Notes under the pieces: generated by a model
What the model was told of the DNA's origin: nothing
The model's input: only the letters and a program-made list of their open reading frames with translations
The model's database searches: none
Translations under genes and position numbers: made by a program
Part shown: positions 63,237 through 64,000 of the stretch, piece by piece
How the letters are laid out: each line of letters starts with the position of its first letter
How positions within the stretch are numbered: the stretch's first letter is position 1
From: Anaerolineae bacterium
GTDB lineage: Bacteria; Chloroflexota; Anaerolineae; UBA1429
Direction of reading: 5' to 3'
DNA: 64,000 bases
Assembly (NCBI GenBank): GCA_963675785.1
Contig: OY776562.1
Coordinates: 96,001-160,000, forward strand

Positions 63237-63265
63237 AGACTAACACGTGAACCAGAGAGTGTCAA
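63237..63265 (-). promoter_or_regulatory. aro operon promoter
   Basis: TTGACA-17 bp-TAGTCT with extended TG on the minus strand. Confidence 0.7.
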
Positions 63266-63352
63266 GTGGCAATTCCAGCACGTTTATCCCGCCAAAACTT
63301 TGTGTTATACTTGCCAGCGCACCGGCTAGTCAGTCCGATTCTGGAGACGCCC

Positions 63353-64000
63353 ATGTATACCCCTGCCAGTTTGTATGCCCGTACGCAATGTACGCAGTTG
63401 AACCAGCCACCTCTTAGTGAGGTCATGTTGGAGAATATCGGTGTGGATAGCACAGCTTTGGGACGAAAAGGGCGATTGTACCTTTTGTGCGACCCGGATA
63501 GCAACCTTGGTATGCCGCTGGCTTTTGCACAGGCTTATTATGATTCACCGGTTTTCGATATTCTCCCCGCGCTTGAAGCATCGTATGTGGACGCATTTTG
63601 TGCCGCCGACGAGTATGGTGATGGGCGGATTCTGGCGGCGCTTGTTCTGCAGGGTTTGGATATTTATGTTCTGGCCGCAACGGATGCTGACGTCTATTTG
63701 TTGCGGGAGGGGACGGTCAGCCACCCCTTGCGTGAACTGCATACCCGCACTGAATCATTGGACGAGCTACCTGAAGACCAGTGTGAGATCAGATTGGTGC
63801 GTGCTCGTGCCATGATGGGCGAGCAGATTGTCATGGCTTCTCGGGGATTGACAGACAAGTTATTAAGCAGAGATGATCGCTCAGCGCGATTGCGTGGGGG
63901 CAACAATTCTCTGGCCCGGCGGATTGCCCAGCTCTCTAGTGTTGATGGCCGAGAAGGCCCGGTAACGGTGATTAGCCTACCGGCGATTACGCCGACGGCG
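63353..64000 (+). CDS. PP2C/PPM phosphatase-like domain protein, degenerate active site (3' partial; not in ORF track)
   Basis: 216 stop-free codons from an ATG after GGAG; KGRLYLLCD, DADVYLLREG, IVMASRGLTD, PVTVI echo PPM motifs. Confidence 0.6.
   Translation, partial: MYTPASLYARTQCTQLNQPPLSEVMLENIGVDSTALGRKGRLYLLCDPDSNLGMPLAFAQAYYDSPVFDILPALEASYVDAFCAADEYGDGRILAALVLQGLDIYVLAATDADVYLLREGTVSHPLRELHTRTESLDELPEDQCEIRLVRARAMMGEQIVMASRGLTDKLLSRDDRSARLRGGNNSLARRIAQLSSVDGREGPVTVISLPAITPTA

Overview
A 64-kb stretch of core bacterial chromosome, about 53% GC by eye. Gene content and style (Pro/Thr-rich secreted proteins, SH3 protein, sigma-factor types, extended -10 promoters) suggest Chloroflexota, probably Anaerolineae; this is an inference. 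In order: small accessory genes (PPase-like, two GNATs, DUF4332-like, FNR-like); rpsO-pnp-lepB; an opp peptide ABC operon with two binding proteins; an ECF sigma with a putative anti-sigma; ligA, an MrfA/Hrq1-type helicase carrying an inserted HNH nuclease, and a heterodimeric ABC exporter; an unlisted small DUF1059-like protein and a flavin disulfide reductase; tRNA-Leu(UAA); glycosyltransferases; a frameshifted M20 peptidase; argJ; galK; a B12-radical-SAM/rfbB/flippase-like/GT2 operon; queD, lon, mfd, pth, rpoD, uvsE and a stand-alone ftsZ; an eight-gene shikimate/tyrosine operon; and a truncated PP2C-like ORF. The most notable signals are (1) a complete ribosome-mediated attenuator in front of the aro operon (promoter, 41-aa leader peptide with YRFAFYYYYF, antiterminator, terminator), which the ORF track misses, and (2) the helicase-HNH fusion next to ligA. 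No CRISPR array, IS element, integrase or prophage was seen.
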